A DNA stretch of 53,279 bases from Vermamoeba vermiformis (GCA_045837725.1 JBEWZL010000011.1:744001-797279); one strand, 5' to 3'. Counted from the stretch's first letter, positions 13,801 through 26,935 are shown. Notes: generated by a model from the letters alone, not told the origin. Numbers and translations are program-made.

Positions 13801-14092
13801 TGTTTGGTCTATCTCGTTGATCTGTTAGTCTAATACTCCTTGGACAGATATTATAGACACAACAAATATTGTGGATAACATGCATGCCTTGTAAGTAATT
13901 TACTGTTGTTGCTTCTCGCTGAAGTATCATTACAGGCGGCATAGCTATTTTGAATTAAACAGAACCATGGTGGATGATCTGCGGGAGTTAATTGTGTTTC
14001 AGCGGCGTGCTTCAGAAAGAACTACCAGACTTGCGAGGAAGAAGGGCAATGTATTTGTTTATGTTTTTACTCCATCTTACGTAACAAATTAA
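10872..14092 (+). CDS. Multi-pass membrane protein with MORN-like segment and C-terminal DUF900-type alpha/beta hydrolase
   Basis: N-terminal TM helices, then PHGLGEW...GHWNHGRLEGP. Hydrolase motifs after splicing: ILFFIGGYN, IVFSWP, nucleophile elbow IMVHSMG, and RHSYFELNRTMVDDLRELI. Stop at 14090-14092. Confidence 0.8.
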
Positions 14093-14673
14093 TAATAATA
14101 ATAAATTGTAAACCACAACAAATAAAATCGTTTTACAACATAAGTTTATTCGTTTTTGTATACAAAAAAAAAAAAAGCGTTAGAACTTGAATTTTGCCGG
14201 CTATAATAAACTGAATAAAGGCATGGATGTGCTAAAATGAACTATGTTATAGCAGATTATCGGTTCCTAGTTCATATATCGTAGATAATGAGGAGAATAA
14301 CGAGATTGCCTATTACACCTAACGCACTGATGCGGATAACATTTACAGAGAAAGGAGCTGAGGCAACGAAAATAGCGACCACTAACAAAGATAAATATTT
14401 CTTCATTAATTGTAATCACCACGATCTTCTCTTCCTCTCTATTCTAAATTGCCTCCATCCAAAAATAGATTTAATCCTGCAAAATATATAATAATATTAA
14501 TTTGAAGGAGATTCGTCGATCAACGACAATTTACTCTAATGCACAAGGAAGACGGTCAATAATTCATCTCACAATTTTTTCAGAAATCTATTCTTAGGTT
14601 TCCCTACGCGCTTGGAAAGAAGAAAAATATTTTCTATGCCGATTTATAAAAGAAGTGAAAGAAACCAGTAAAC

Positions 14674-16314
14674 ATGAAGCAAACAATACTTTTATTTTTG
14701 ATACTGCATCTCGCAAGAATTCGATTGATACAGGCCGACTTAACAATTGAATCTCCGCCATACAATGGCACTCGATATCAAACAGCCCAATATTATTATA
14801 AAGGTAATTACTACAATTCAGATTTTAATCAACAACTTGCTCAAATTTCTTCAATAGACGAGAACCCGGAATCCAGGTTTACCTCAATAAGTGGCACACT
14901 GGTTGCTGTTTCCTATCCCAATATAACAGGAAAGATCGTATTTCTTCCACAAGTCTCGTATACAACCTGGTTGGATGTAGTATTGACGATTCAAAAAGAG
15001 GGAGCAATTGCTATAATTTATGGAACTCCAACAGGTAAGAATTCCGTTCTACTACTAAGCGGATTAAAAAAAAATGTCTTTAGTTGTGGCAGGTCAATAT
15101 GGATGTGCTCAAACATCAGCAATTCCTTCGGGTGTTGTATTAATCCCGGTAGCAGAAATAAGTCAAATTTCATTTGTTGCCACTCCCGTTGGCAAATTAC
15201 TCAAGATCGGCACCAGCTTCCAAGCTACGCTGACATCCGAAGGTATTTACGGCGTCACCTTAAATGAAAAAATTTGATTTTTACTTTTTGACGCAATTAG
15301 GAAATCCATGGGTTTCGGCGATACATTCAATTCCCGTGATAATAATATTCTGGGCATTCTTTTCCGCTTTATCCCTTGGACTAATTGGTTGGGCTCTTTA
15401 CAAGCTAATTATGTTCATCAAGTTCGAAGGACCCAAATTCGATATTCCGCAAGTGTGTTTGGCGCTAGATATAATCGGAAACTTGCGTAAGTTGTCCAAA
15501 AGGTTTATTAATAATTTTAGGTACTGATTTTTTTTGAGTTCGATTTATTTACTTTGCAATTGACCCGTTTGGTTGCTGGGGAACTTATGGGGCTGCCTTC
15601 ACACTACTTACAACAATAAGCTTTCCATACACAGTTGCTACTTTTGTGCTTTTAACATTCTATTGGTATGAGCGTGATTGGAAAACATTAATTACGGATT
15701 GTTATTCATCAAATATTGTATTAAAAAGGTGGGAAGCAGTGAGCAATGCCTCAATCAAAATATACCCTTTTTTGCATCGTTTGAAGATTCCGTTCTTCGT
15801 TATAACGATTGCATTCATTGCAGCATTGTTCATCCTTACAATGTTGAGCTATTTCTTGGTGTTTTCCGATATACTAGCCTTGATTATCATTTATAGCACT
15901 TGTTCAGGTGGTTTCTTTATATTTTTCATGATCACTTTAAAAAGGATAAACCAAAAGATGAAACAGTTACCCGAGAACGACGCTAGAAAGAAAAAAATTA
16001 AGAAGGTAAAATTCAAAAGTAAAATACTTTTGCATTCGCTCTAATTCTACTCGAAGATAAATACTAAAGTCATCCTGACTGGAGTAGCCGAAGTTCTAAC
16101 GATTATCCCTCCACTACTGCTTGTGTCACCTGTACTCTATGGTTCGCCAGTATCGAACGTGGTCATCTCAGCGTTCTTGTACATTTTCTTTTATTTTGCT
16201 TCTTGGACTAGAATATACTTGTTCGCGGTACCCAAGCCCAAGCCAACAGCGCAGCCCGTTCAATCACCTGAAGTAGTGAACGACTTATCGGAACGACGTG
16301 CAGTAGCAGCGTAA
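14674..16314 (+). CDS. Signal peptide + PA-like ectodomain + 7TM (GPCR-like) protein
   Basis: Signal peptide, then a PA-like segment (NITGKIVFL...IQKEGAIAIIY). Seven hydrophobic helices emerge after joining the exons. Confidence 0.7.
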
Positions 16315-16396
16315 AGTTAAACAATATCTGGCGGAAGTAAATTGTTATTTCTAACAAATTGAGATAAAGAAATTCGGCGTCACCATCCGTTCATTA

Positions 16397-16825
16397 TCCT
16401 TGCCCTGGACAAGGAGCTTATTTTTTGCTCCTTATTTTTTGCAGGGTCAAGAAGCTACTTCTGTCAACCAAACCCAAGGAGCCTCGTTCCCCTTTTTTTA
16501 TTCTGGAAAGAAGCAGTTTGCCGCATTCCCTCAGAGTGGCCATTTCAAGAAAGTAAACGCAGTGAACTTACCTTCTGAGTATACATTGGGTCCAAGGGGC
16601 AAACGAGAACTCGCCTGGTAGTTAGCTTTGCTCCCTGCAGGCAAATCGCATTAAATGCTTTGCTACTGATTCTCGTGGTGGCCTGCAGTTTGTAACGTCA
16701 ATCAGTAGTCATGCTAAAAATCTTTACAATAAATAGATTAGAGTTGGTATATAGTTGGCGAAACATAAACATGCCCTGCAGAAAATAACTCGTTCTTGCC
16801 TCGCGCATGAAGCGAGGCAAAAATC
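16397..16825. mobile_element. Putative small non-autonomous element (MITE/Helentron-like) with subterminal inverted repeats and terminal hairpins
   Basis: TTATTTTTTGCAGGG (~16433) is inverted to CCCTGCAGAAAATAA (~16774). Hairpins CCTTGCC..GACAAGG on the left and TTGCCTCGC..GCGAGGCAA on the right. The right-end motif recurs at ~17657 and at 24039-24090. Confidence 0.4.
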
Positions 16826-17843
16826 GTTCCTTGGATCCCGAACAGCGTGAATTCAATTTCGTGTTAGCTGCGTAGACAATACGAACAAAATATTATTAAC
16901 AATATTATCGTGCAAATACTTCCCGTACAGATATTACAACGCCGTTACTCGACAGATCCCACATCTGCCAGCAGATCTGCAACGTGAAAAAAAGAGTACG
17001 CCCTCAATAGCCATTCCGCTAATATTAGGCGCTACACAGACTACGCGATCACATAGTACGCGCCTCCACTCCTGAAGCCATCCTGGTGGCAGTGAATGTG
17101 ACGTGCATGACCAAGACTGCCCGCCACAAACATCACCTGAGCGCCACTACCACAACTACTCGGTCTGTAACTTTATGCTGCACCCTCGAGGCACATCTGA
17201 CCACTCTCTGTGCAGGACGTGCCCTCGTTCATGAAAGGCGATGAGCGCGTGTCACTCACGTGGCGCGGTCGCAGTGACTTGAAGACCATGTACGATGAGG
17301 CTAGTCGCAACGATGAAGTGCATGGCTACTTCACGCCAGCAGAGCGATGTGGAGCAGTACTATGGCCTCTCCGAACAGATACCCACACTGCTCGATGGTG
17401 CGGGCGAGGTGTTGTTCAGGTACGTGCTGCGGGTATATATGTACTAGCACATAGTGCTCACTGGTGTGCAGCGGAGGAGCGCTGATCCAAACAGTGACGC
17501 AGACAACCGCTACGTGTTCTCCAGACCTGAAGTCGAACAGCTGCTCGAACACGTCACGAGCAACACTGTAAAGTGAGCTGCAATAAAGATGATGGTAGTG
17601 TACTGTCACGTGGTTTGAAATTTCGTGTCACATGGTATTTGGCGCCAAATCCTGCCCTGCCTCGTGTTACGTACAAGGCGAGGAAAAAATGGTAGTCGGT
17701 TCGTTATCCTTGCCTTTGACTTGGAGGGTTTGTGTGGCGATATGAAAACAATGAACCATCGTTGTCGCTCGCTTCGCCTGAATATTTGGACAATGTAACA
17801 ATTGCATTTAGTGGGTGGAAGGTTTGCTTAGTAAAAATTACAA

Positions 17844-20724
17844 TCAATTCTCATTAGTGGCTATCTTTGATCGCAGCAGAATGCAAACATCTTCCATTGT
17901 CTACGACAGAGAAATTAATTTAACAGTAAAAATATTCACTCTAGACTTACCGGTCGTTCATTCGGATTGGCCTTCAGACATAGATTGATTACTTCGACAA
18001 GCACTGGATCCGCGTTTTCAGGAATATCTGGAGTGACCGCATAATCTCGAATGCGAGCAGCAATTGTGAGTTGATCTTCGTTTGTATGTGGCTCTTGTCG
18101 TGAAATGATCTCGTTCACTTTTTTGAAGTGTGTTAGTAAGTTACACTTGAAATGATTTTAGCGAACATTACCAGTAATACCGAATGTCCAAACGTCCGAT
18201 TTAATACTGTATGATCGATCTTTTAGACTCTCTGGTGCCTATCGAAAAGCATGTGCTTGTTAACAATGTGCTATAAAAATTAATGTATCATCGTACCATC
18301 CATCTGATTGGTCCAAAGTTTGTTTTAGTTTGACCTTTTGAGTTCTCTTCTTGCAACAATCTAGACATTCCAAAGTCACTGATCTTCGGTTGTCGATCAT
18401 TCGTCAACTAAAGTCACTTGTTAGCAAATAGGTATCGTAAGTGTCAAAACTCACTAGAATGTTTCTTGCGGCAAGATCACGATGCACAATGTTGTTATTG
18501 TGAAGATGGAGAAGACCGTATGCGATCTTAATCGCAAACTCGCGTTGTTTCTCAACTGGCACTGGCTGGTCAATATCAAATAAGAGTTGATCTAAGCTAC
18601 CACCGCCACAATACTCGAGAACAATGCATGGATTGGGTCCATCAAGACTCACTCCGAAAGTTTGAACAAGGTTCGGATGTGGTGCAATGCCGCTAGAGTA
18701 AAAGATTGTTAGAATCAATGGCCATATGTCTAATCGTTGCTTTTGTACAGAGTTAGTTTTGCTTCGGCCAAGAATCCATCGACATCAGTAATCTGATTAT
18801 TCACTTTGATTGCCACCTTTGCTCCACGCCATTCACTATGAGTGTTAGTAAGCATATTCCGGACCAAATTAATTGTCAAACTCACCCTGAATACACTTTG
18901 CCAAAACTACCAGCGCCAATCTCTTTTACGAACATGAGACTCTTGTATGGGATGTGAAGTCGCTTGTCAATGTCTGGAAGGTGATCCACCACTGATGCCG
19001 CTTTGAAGCTGTCGTCGTTACTATCGACAGTCGACAACCCCATCGACGTGTACACCTTATTGGCATTTGAGACAGGAAGGTTGTTGTGATGCACTTCCGA
19101 TGAATTGGTCGTGTTCATGACGTTTGTGTTTGCTTGAGAAGCTGAGGGGTCGTCAAGATCAGTGACAGGGTTCATTTGGGTCTGTGCAGCATTCGTTTCC
19201 TTCTTGTTGTTCTTTGTTCGTTTGTGCAAGAAGAACACGAGCAAGAAGATAGCCACCCCAGCAACTGCCACAGGAATCGAGACACCTACTCCAACTGCAA
19301 CTGCATTTACAGGAGAAATTGATGGTGCATCGCCAAGGTTAGTATTGTTCGTGGTAGGTGAAGTGGTTGGTTGAATAGACTCTGGAGAGGTAACTGGAGA
19401 GTAGGTTGGGGTAACAACAGGAGGACTAAGTGGTTCAACTGCCGTACAAGCAGATGAATTGCGACTCCAGTTTAAAATGTCCAGATAAACACCCGTCGAA
19501 TTCGACACCAAAACTGATATCATATCGACTGTTGCGGATTGGTGTAAGCCATTAATCGACATTGCAGAGCCATGATAAGTATCTACTAGACTTCTAGTTA
19601 CTACGTCATAAATTGCTACTGTATAGCGCGAGTCTTCGCTAGTCAACACCGATAGGTGATTGCAGTCAATGTATGATATTGCGACGGAGTATATGGTAGG
19701 TTGAGTTCCAAGGCTTACAAACTGCGTTGTATCATTGCTGAACACGCAATTCAGCACGGAATTCTGATATAAAATATGAGTGATCGAAAAGCATTCAAAG
19801 ATAATCTACTTACTCCTATATAACAGACCACCCATTTATCGGGGGAGTGTACTGCTATTGAGATCGATGAAGCTTTTGATCCTGAAGTCTCGAAAATAGT
19901 ATTATATTGCCCCGAACTAGTAAGATTTCCAATGGAAATAGTAGCATTAGGCGTCGCAGCCGCGAATATAAGAGTGTCCGCTATTAAATCAAAATATTAG
20001 TTATTTTTTACTGAGTAGTAAGAGTAAATACATCGAACAATGTTAATTCAAATAAGTATCTTATGGTACTAAATTTAAGTTCCCTACCTGTCAGTCGTCT
20101 GCTTTCAACCTCGAAACTAAACTGTTTCTCCAGAGGTGCTATATATCCGGTCTGATTAATCACGAGAGCTAAAGGGCCTGCAGCCAAACTAGATACGCTA
20201 ATATAGGCAGCATTTGAAACCGGTATCGATTTCAAGATTGGTCCTGAGATTTCATACCAGGTACTCTACGAGCATTTAGTTACTAAATAATTAAGTATTA
20301 TCATTGCTTACATTCAGGCTAACAATATTACATTCGGTAGTACCGTCAACAACATCCACATCAGAAAATACCGGTTCAATCGATGGAGCATTGGGTAAAT
20401 TTGAAGGATTGATTATTCCTTCACTAAAAATGAATAAGCCTGACAGAATCTTGCCATAGGAATCAATCCCGGCAGCACAGTTAGACAAATTTTGAGCAGG
20501 TCCATAGCTTTCGATTCGTAGCTTGCGTGCTACTATTGCACTCCCAGATACTTGATACGATGCGACTAATTCTAGAAATATACAATAGGATTAACTATTA
20601 GAATTGTTTTACAAAAAAAAAAAAGAAAAAAATATGTTGCGGTCGAATTGTCATTCTTACGTAATTGGCAATTTGTTACTGCAAATAACGACAGGAATAT
20701 TGCGACCAAATAAAGTGAATTCAT
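17844..20724 (-). CDS. Single-pass receptor tyrosine-kinase-like (TKL/TK) protein
   Basis: Signal peptide MNSLYLVAIFLSLFAVTNC at 20724, ectodomain, S/T/P stalk and TM (AVAVGVGVSIPVAVAGVAIFLLVFFL). Kinase motifs: IGAGSFGKVY, VAIK, HRDLAARN, ISDFGMSR, GPIRWMAPE, KSDVWTFG. Confidence 0.92.
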
Positions 20725-22789
20725 TTGGCTACCCTTCGGCTGATTCTGAAATTCGATCTGTGAAACGTGACCAGTCTTGTAAGTAATTGACGATCATGTA
20801 CGTGAAAGAACCTACGTGTTTGTTTATTCTTAACTAACGTACAAATATTTCAGGACCGGATAATTGAATAAAACTTAGTTAATGGGTGACATGACAAGAT
20901 ACTTCATTCCCTTCAAGTGTGCAACATCGTTTTTGAGTCTCAAAGAAAACCTGTAATAAGTCGTGGTTAATATATATAACGATAAAATATCTCGCGTAGA
21001 ATCTCGACCACGTCGCGATTACACCTAATAAGCACGTTTTGAATGACAATTGACATCTGTTTAATGTGTAACAAAAAAAACAACCATGTTACTATTGTTG
21101 TTTGCAGCGTATACGCTAGTTTATTTATTGCTACTCCAAGAAGTGTTTTTTTCCGGTATCAGGTCAATTTTTCCAGCAGTTGTGTATGTATGACGAGTTA
21201 GACACTTACGAATATCTTTTAGTTGTGCACGGTTTTGATTTTCATCCTCACCTCCTTCACGGATTGAAAAAAATTCGTACCTAGGCTTATTATCTTCGTT
21301 GAAGCAGCGGTTAATAACGCGCTAGATCCCGTCACCGAATTTGCTAATTTTTTCTCCAGACCCTTGTACTAATAAATAAACAATGTCAGAACGTAATAAA
21401 TATAATTTTATAACGACTTGACTTCGTACTTTTGCGATCGATGCGCGCATTAATTGCCGAAATTGGGGATCAACGGGCCCGCGGGGATCTGCGATAAACT
21501 CAATTACGCAGTAACTCTACCGATGTCAACGAGTTAATACGGCTATACAAAATTGACTTACTATAAACCGCACTTTGTTCGTACCAATAAATTAGCGCAG
21601 TCAGATCGCGCCTCTTGTCCATTCCTGCTCGCTAATTGTTCTGTATTAGATACCACGTTAGTACGTTCTAAGTATTACATAGAATTAAATATACTTACCT
21701 TTAGAATTACGCATCTGTACTTTTATTCGCGATCCAAGATCGCTCTAAGTCTTAGATTAACGCGTCAGGCCAGCTAACCAATAAAAAGAGATTATTATAA
21801 TTATTAAATATGATATCTAAGGTAATTTACTTACTACTCCGCCAAGTAAAATTTAACGTACTTCTCGATCGTGTTACTCGGGCTCAAGGGTTCGGAAATA
21901 AGCTATCAAAATACGATTAGCATAATATTTAAATTATTAAATGAATGGCTAGTTAAATTTTATTCGAGCACGAAGCTCGATCTAAATAAAGAAATTGTTT
22001 TTAACGTTAACACGGATACAAAATTTAAAATTTACAATTTCTTATTATTATAGTACCAATTTATAATATCAAAATAACTTACCTTTCAATTTGATGACCG
22101 TAACGCTGAGATGTCACGATCCAACGATCTGGTCACGCGCTGCAACCCCGGTGAATATCATGGGGACATAACGTTGAAAATAAATGAATAATTCATCAAT
22201 ATTTGACCAGTTGTGGTCCCGAGATCTCGTGAAATCTTAAATAATGACGGCGCTGATCTTGATTTGCCGGTCAATCCGGCTCTTAATTGATTGTCACCTA
22301 TAATAATAAAAAATAAGTTATATAAGTCACTAATACGGCATTAACTTACAGCTCGCACCGCTGCAGCGGACAAGATCGTGTCAACGATTGATCGCACTAA
22401 TAACTGTAATAATAGCTCTAAAAATGACATAACTGAGTTATAACAGAAGTAAATAACGGGTTTTACTTACTTTTAGAGCAACGATGCTCTATATTGAAAC
22501 TTTGACGGTTCGAGATGTTGGATCTGATCCGGTTAACTTCGTCAAAGGGTCGCGTTGAACCCTCTCGATCTGTATTTATATTAATACAATCTAAATAAAA
22601 ATTGAAGTGTTATAATATTGTATTTAGTATCGTCTAATCGTTATTAATTAAAAATATGGATAAAGTACGAGCACTAAGCTCGATCCGGATCTTAAAAATT
22701 AATTTTTACTTGAAAATTTAAATATTGAATTTACGATAGATTAATATTATAAATGGAAGTATATAGAAAAATCTTACCTTGATTTATCT

Positions 22790-23375
22790 CGGTCTCTGTG
22801 CCGAGATTTGATCGCGTTTTGTTCGCGATCTTAAACCCGCACTGGAACGACGCTGAAAGTCGTTTGGCGCGTGTTGACAATCAATATTATCTCCCATAAT
22901 AGCGATAAATCGACCCTTGTGGTCGATCTGATGCGAATCTAAGTTCGCATCGGTTTCTCATCCAAATAACTCGCGCTGAACGGCCGTTGCGACCGTGGCG
23001 CGTAACTATCATTTGTTAATACTCTATAATAAATAATTATAACGACCCTTGTGGTCGATCTGTTGAGTTGATGAGGGAAATAACGCGCGTTATCATTTCA
23101 GCAGTGAATTCGAAATAACTCGCGCTGGAGCGGCTTTGATGCCGTGGCGCGTTACTATATGCTGTAAATGATCAATTAAATCGCTTCAAATAAATAACTC
23201 GACCCGTGTGGTCGATCTGTCTAAGTTCTCTTTTTAAAAACCGCTTTCGGATGACGCGTGCGATTTTGACAACTCGAAATAACCCGCGCTGTAACGACTT
23301 TGGTGTCGTGGCGCGTAACTGTCCTATCTAATAATCGATAAATAAAGACTTAATTGATCGTTTTGGTCGATCTCC
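22790..23375. repeat. Tandem array of structured ~130-160 bp units (hairpin A CGACC-YKTGT-GGTCG-ATCT; hairpin B AAATAAC-CGCGCTG..stem..TGGCGCG-TWACT)
   Basis: Units start at 22911, 23043 and 23200, with partial units at 22838 and 23356. Stems vary in sequence but keep pairing. Dispersed relatives at ~22135-22220, 35387, 36392 and 37837-37923. Confidence 0.75.
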
Positions 23376-23832
23376 TCGTTAAAACTAAACTTACCTGCTC
23401 GTTCCGTTGACGTTCTTGTTAAAATCAAACCTGTGGTGCTAAATTAAATTAGTACTGTTAATTACCAATAGAACGCGAGTAACGAGAATCTCGTTAATCT
23501 CGCGGATTTAATAATTGCTCAGCGTTCGAATCTGACCTCGAACGTAATCGAATAATAATTTTCCTTAAAAACCATAATTAACACGTACCTAATATTACCT
23601 CCAGCTGGTTGATTTTCTATAATTCTTCTAAGATCCGTCATTCTGATCTGACGGATCTACGCGACGTTTTCTATGATACAATGCGTTATTGAATTTTTCT
23701 AGTATTTTTCCTCGTACGTACCTGGCACTGTCTTTCATAATAAACAAAATTTACTTGATACCCAGTCCTTGGTCGCGATCTCGGCTCTTGGGCGTCCACT
23801 CGTGCCCCCAAGGGATCCGCGCTATTTCTCCG

Positions 23833-24040
23833 TTACTTCGCGATAGCCCATAAAATGCTGCATCCAGTACAGCGGCATCCGTCAGTGCAACCCTTTGCTC
23901 CTTTTATACAACGACAGCGCATCGTGTTGCAACCACAGGATATTGACGAAGGATCTTTAGGACTGTCATTTTCGCCGTAAGTGAAATCTGCTTGCACCTC
24001 CTTATTTCGTTCCTTCTTTTGCTGCCGTAGTTTCTGATCC
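23833..24040 (-). pseudogene. Tesmin/TSO1-type CXC Cys-rich domain fragment
   Basis: SCGCNTMRCRCIKGAKGCTDGCRCTGC matches the CXC Cys spacing and follows a ttttctgcag acceptor. No upstream coding exons found. Confidence 0.55.
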
Positions 24041-25208
24041 TGCAGAAAATAATTCGTTCTTGCCTCGCGCAACGTACAAGGCAAGGAAAAAATAATCGGA
24101 AATTGGACGCCAGTATTATGCATAATTGTGCCTTAAGAGCGATATATGGCGATTATTAATGTTAGGTTTTGGCAATACGCGAGCTTGGCGGCTGATCGAG
24201 GGGAAGATCGGAACGACGATAGTATTGAAGGCTTTGTACGAATTATTTAAGCATAAAAATGACAAATATTGATAAATTGTGCATTATTTTATCGCGTAGA
24301 GCGGCTTATTTGGCGAAACAAGGTTTGTCTTGGTCAACCTCGCGAGATTTGGGATCACAGAAACAACGAATTGGTAAAGTTGATTAGAGTTTGGGGTAAT
24401 TTGACTAATATTTGTTATTCAAATAAAGATATTTTACGTTTGATATTTTAATTTCTAACCGCGAAAATGGTGGGAAATGGTTGTTATCGTAGATCGAGCT
24501 TTGGAAATAACAGAAAAAAATAATTATGCGCTCTATCAAGACCTCTTACATTATAAATTCATACTAAAGCAGTTAAAATGGTTTTAAAATTCAAGTTAAA
24601 TAATAGAGCACGGGGACATTTAGTACCTTGACACGGCGCTTCTATATCAGTCCAGGCCATATTCAAGCTCGTTATTGATATATTCATAGTAGATATTATT
24701 GGGTGATTTGGACGCCAGTGTTGACTTCATTCTTCTGCGTTTGTTTTAAAAATGATTTGTACAGGAATTGATCGAAGAACACACGACAAGTGTGCGTTTC
24801 CAATTTCGGTCTGGCTGCTCTTCCACGACGAACCAGAAAAATTCATTGCACGAACACCAACGCTTGGGAGGCTACTAATTGAGTCCTAAGCCATTTAGCA
24901 TAGTTTAATTTTTCGTGTTCAGCGATCAGACCATTTGTGGAACTTCGCAAGTACTGGTCGTGTTTTTTAATTATAGCGGATATTAAGCCATCACAGTTCT
25001 TGCCGGTTATTACTGCGTAAGTTTCAACTCGAAGCCAAAACCAATTTTTTTAATATTAAATAAAAGGATGATTAGCTTGATAATGTTAAAATGCCATTAA
25101 TAATATTATTTTTGCCGTAATTTTCTTTGATTAATTTTATTATCAATAAAGTAGATGCGCCGTCGCTGGTCCATTAGAACAATCAGAAGCCCACCAAAGC
25201 CGTTTCCG

Positions 25209-26062
25209 ATGGGCAAAAAGGGCAAAGATCTGGCCGAAGAGCTCCAAGCGAAGCCTGTCGACAACTTCACCGTGTTTTCGGGTGACAAACAACTGCTACG
25301 GCCAGGAGAAGAAGAGCCCCAATTTCGCACTCTCGTAAAGAGCATTGAAAAAGGCATCGAAGAAGTGATCTGGCGAGGGGCTTGGAAGGCATTGCTGAAG
25401 TTCTTGGAGCGTAAAAGACGAAAGCACAAACGCGGTCGGATCAACTCCTGGTCGTACCATGCAGGGGCATGGTCTCCTCGTGGCAGCAAGAATATTGTTG
25501 CCACGGCTCACTCAAAAGACAAGAACGTCCCGGGCATCGAAGCTCTGTTGGCTCAATTCCGTACAATTGGCTTGTACGATGCCGTCGATGCCCTGGTGAA
25601 GAACCATTTCCCGCAAATGTATAAAGACTACGTGGCCGTCAATGGCGATCCAAATGCCATCACGCGCGTCTTCAAAGTAATGGCCATTAATATCGACGGA
25701 ATTGCCTCCGCTCATATTGACAGTGGCGATTACAAAGATGGCTACTGCTTGGTCATTCCGTTCGGGGATTATACCGGTAAGATCGATGTTCTAATTCAGT
25801 GATAATTTATAACGACTAAATAGGCGGGGACTTGGTATTCCACCAGTTGGGCTGTCGATTCAAGCTGGCTGCTGGCGATGCAATATTTTTTAAAAGCAGG
25901 CAGTTGGTCCATGGCAATGCCGAGTTGATCAAAGGTCATCGCTTCTCGTTGACATTCTTTACAAAGCACAAGGACTTCCGCTATCAAGAGCCAGCGGTCA
26001 CACCAAAACCCAAGCACATGGATCAGACCGAAGAGAACAGTGGTAAGGCAACACCTGTTTGA
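25209..26062 (+). CDS. TET/JBP-family 2-oxoglutarate/Fe(II) dioxygenase (nucleic-acid base hydroxylase)
   Basis: Two exons (intron ~25777-25823) give AINIDGIASAHIDSGDYKDGYCLVIPFGDYTG|GDLVFHQLG..FKLAAGDAIFFKSRQLVHGN..RFSLTFF. HxD, the distal His and the 2OG-binding RxS are all intact. Alternative start at 25155. Confidence 0.85.
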
Positions 26063-26559
26063 AAAAGCAATAACTAAGCATAATATTAATAGATGACGGT
26101 GATTCAGAAGATTCAAGTTATGTACAACCAAAATGGCATCGGTGATCCAGATCGAGCGGTCAACTTGTCGCAAGCATATTCTGCAATGTCTGATAGTGGT
26201 TATCATGGCAATGGTCACGGGATAAACTTTTGATGAGGTAAAACTCAATCAAATGTTACCCAACAGCTAGACTATTTGTAGTGATGGAGATACTCAACGT
26301 ACATTTCTGGACGCTCGATCTGACCGCGGTAAGTTTTTTTTTGAATTTTCCAAAACCAATATGATCAATCAATTACCCTTAGTGAGTAGTTATTACTGTG
26401 TTAATAAGGTAAATTTTTTTTGCGACTTAAGTGAGGTACGGTTGGGTACATTAGGTTGGTGGATCTCCGTTTTTTGCCGCTCTAACACCTTCAAAGAGTA
26501 CTCTACATTATTACTGTTTAATCGTGCTTCATGCTAGGTCATTGACCAAGGCTTAGTCT

Positions 26560-26935
26560 GCCCATGGCTCCCCGCTGGTCGGTGCAGATCCGCAATATTG
26601 TTCGTTGCCACGCAAGGCCCGTACCCGTCGTGCAGCACCTATGCCAGGCGGTCGCGGTAAGCAGTCTCACATTGACATTGCGGCACTTAAGCTAACAAGA
26701 CTATTCAGGCGAGCAAGATCTCGTGCAAGTCGCGCGCGTTGCCAAGCAAGGCCCTGCACCCGTTGCTCTTCGGGGCAACCACAACGAGCAACATCAAGAT
26801 CCCATGCTAGCCGTACCAGTAGCTCCCAAAGGAGGGCAAGGTAAGCAAGTGTGCGTCGCCACTTACGCTAACCAGACTATCGAGGCAAGCAGGGTCTCGT
26901 GCCCGTCGTCCTTGCTCAACAAGGCAGCAGAAAAA
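26560..26935 (+). repeat. Duplicated exon-intron unit of an unidentified gene fragment
   Basis: Two related copies of CCGTACC...G|GTAAGCA...CACTTA.GCTAAC.AGACTAT..AG|GC.AGCA.G.TCTCGTGC at ~26618-26730 and ~26811-26905. Confidence 0.5.

Noticed and set aside
17210-17609. Short ORFs as a real gene
   Set aside because: No recognisable domain, start or consistent exon chain; at most a captured fragment.
23110-23160. Integron attC-like site (TAAC...GTTA imperfect palindrome)
   Set aside because: Only one unit has GTTA, there are no cassette ORFs between units, and no tyrosine integrase is in the window.
22911-23320. Hammerhead ribozymes (CTGATG/CTGTTGA ... CGAAA followed by a stem)
   Set aside because: No unit has a complete CUGANGA + GAAA + UH core, and the deviations hit invariant positions. 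The resemblance is only suggestive.
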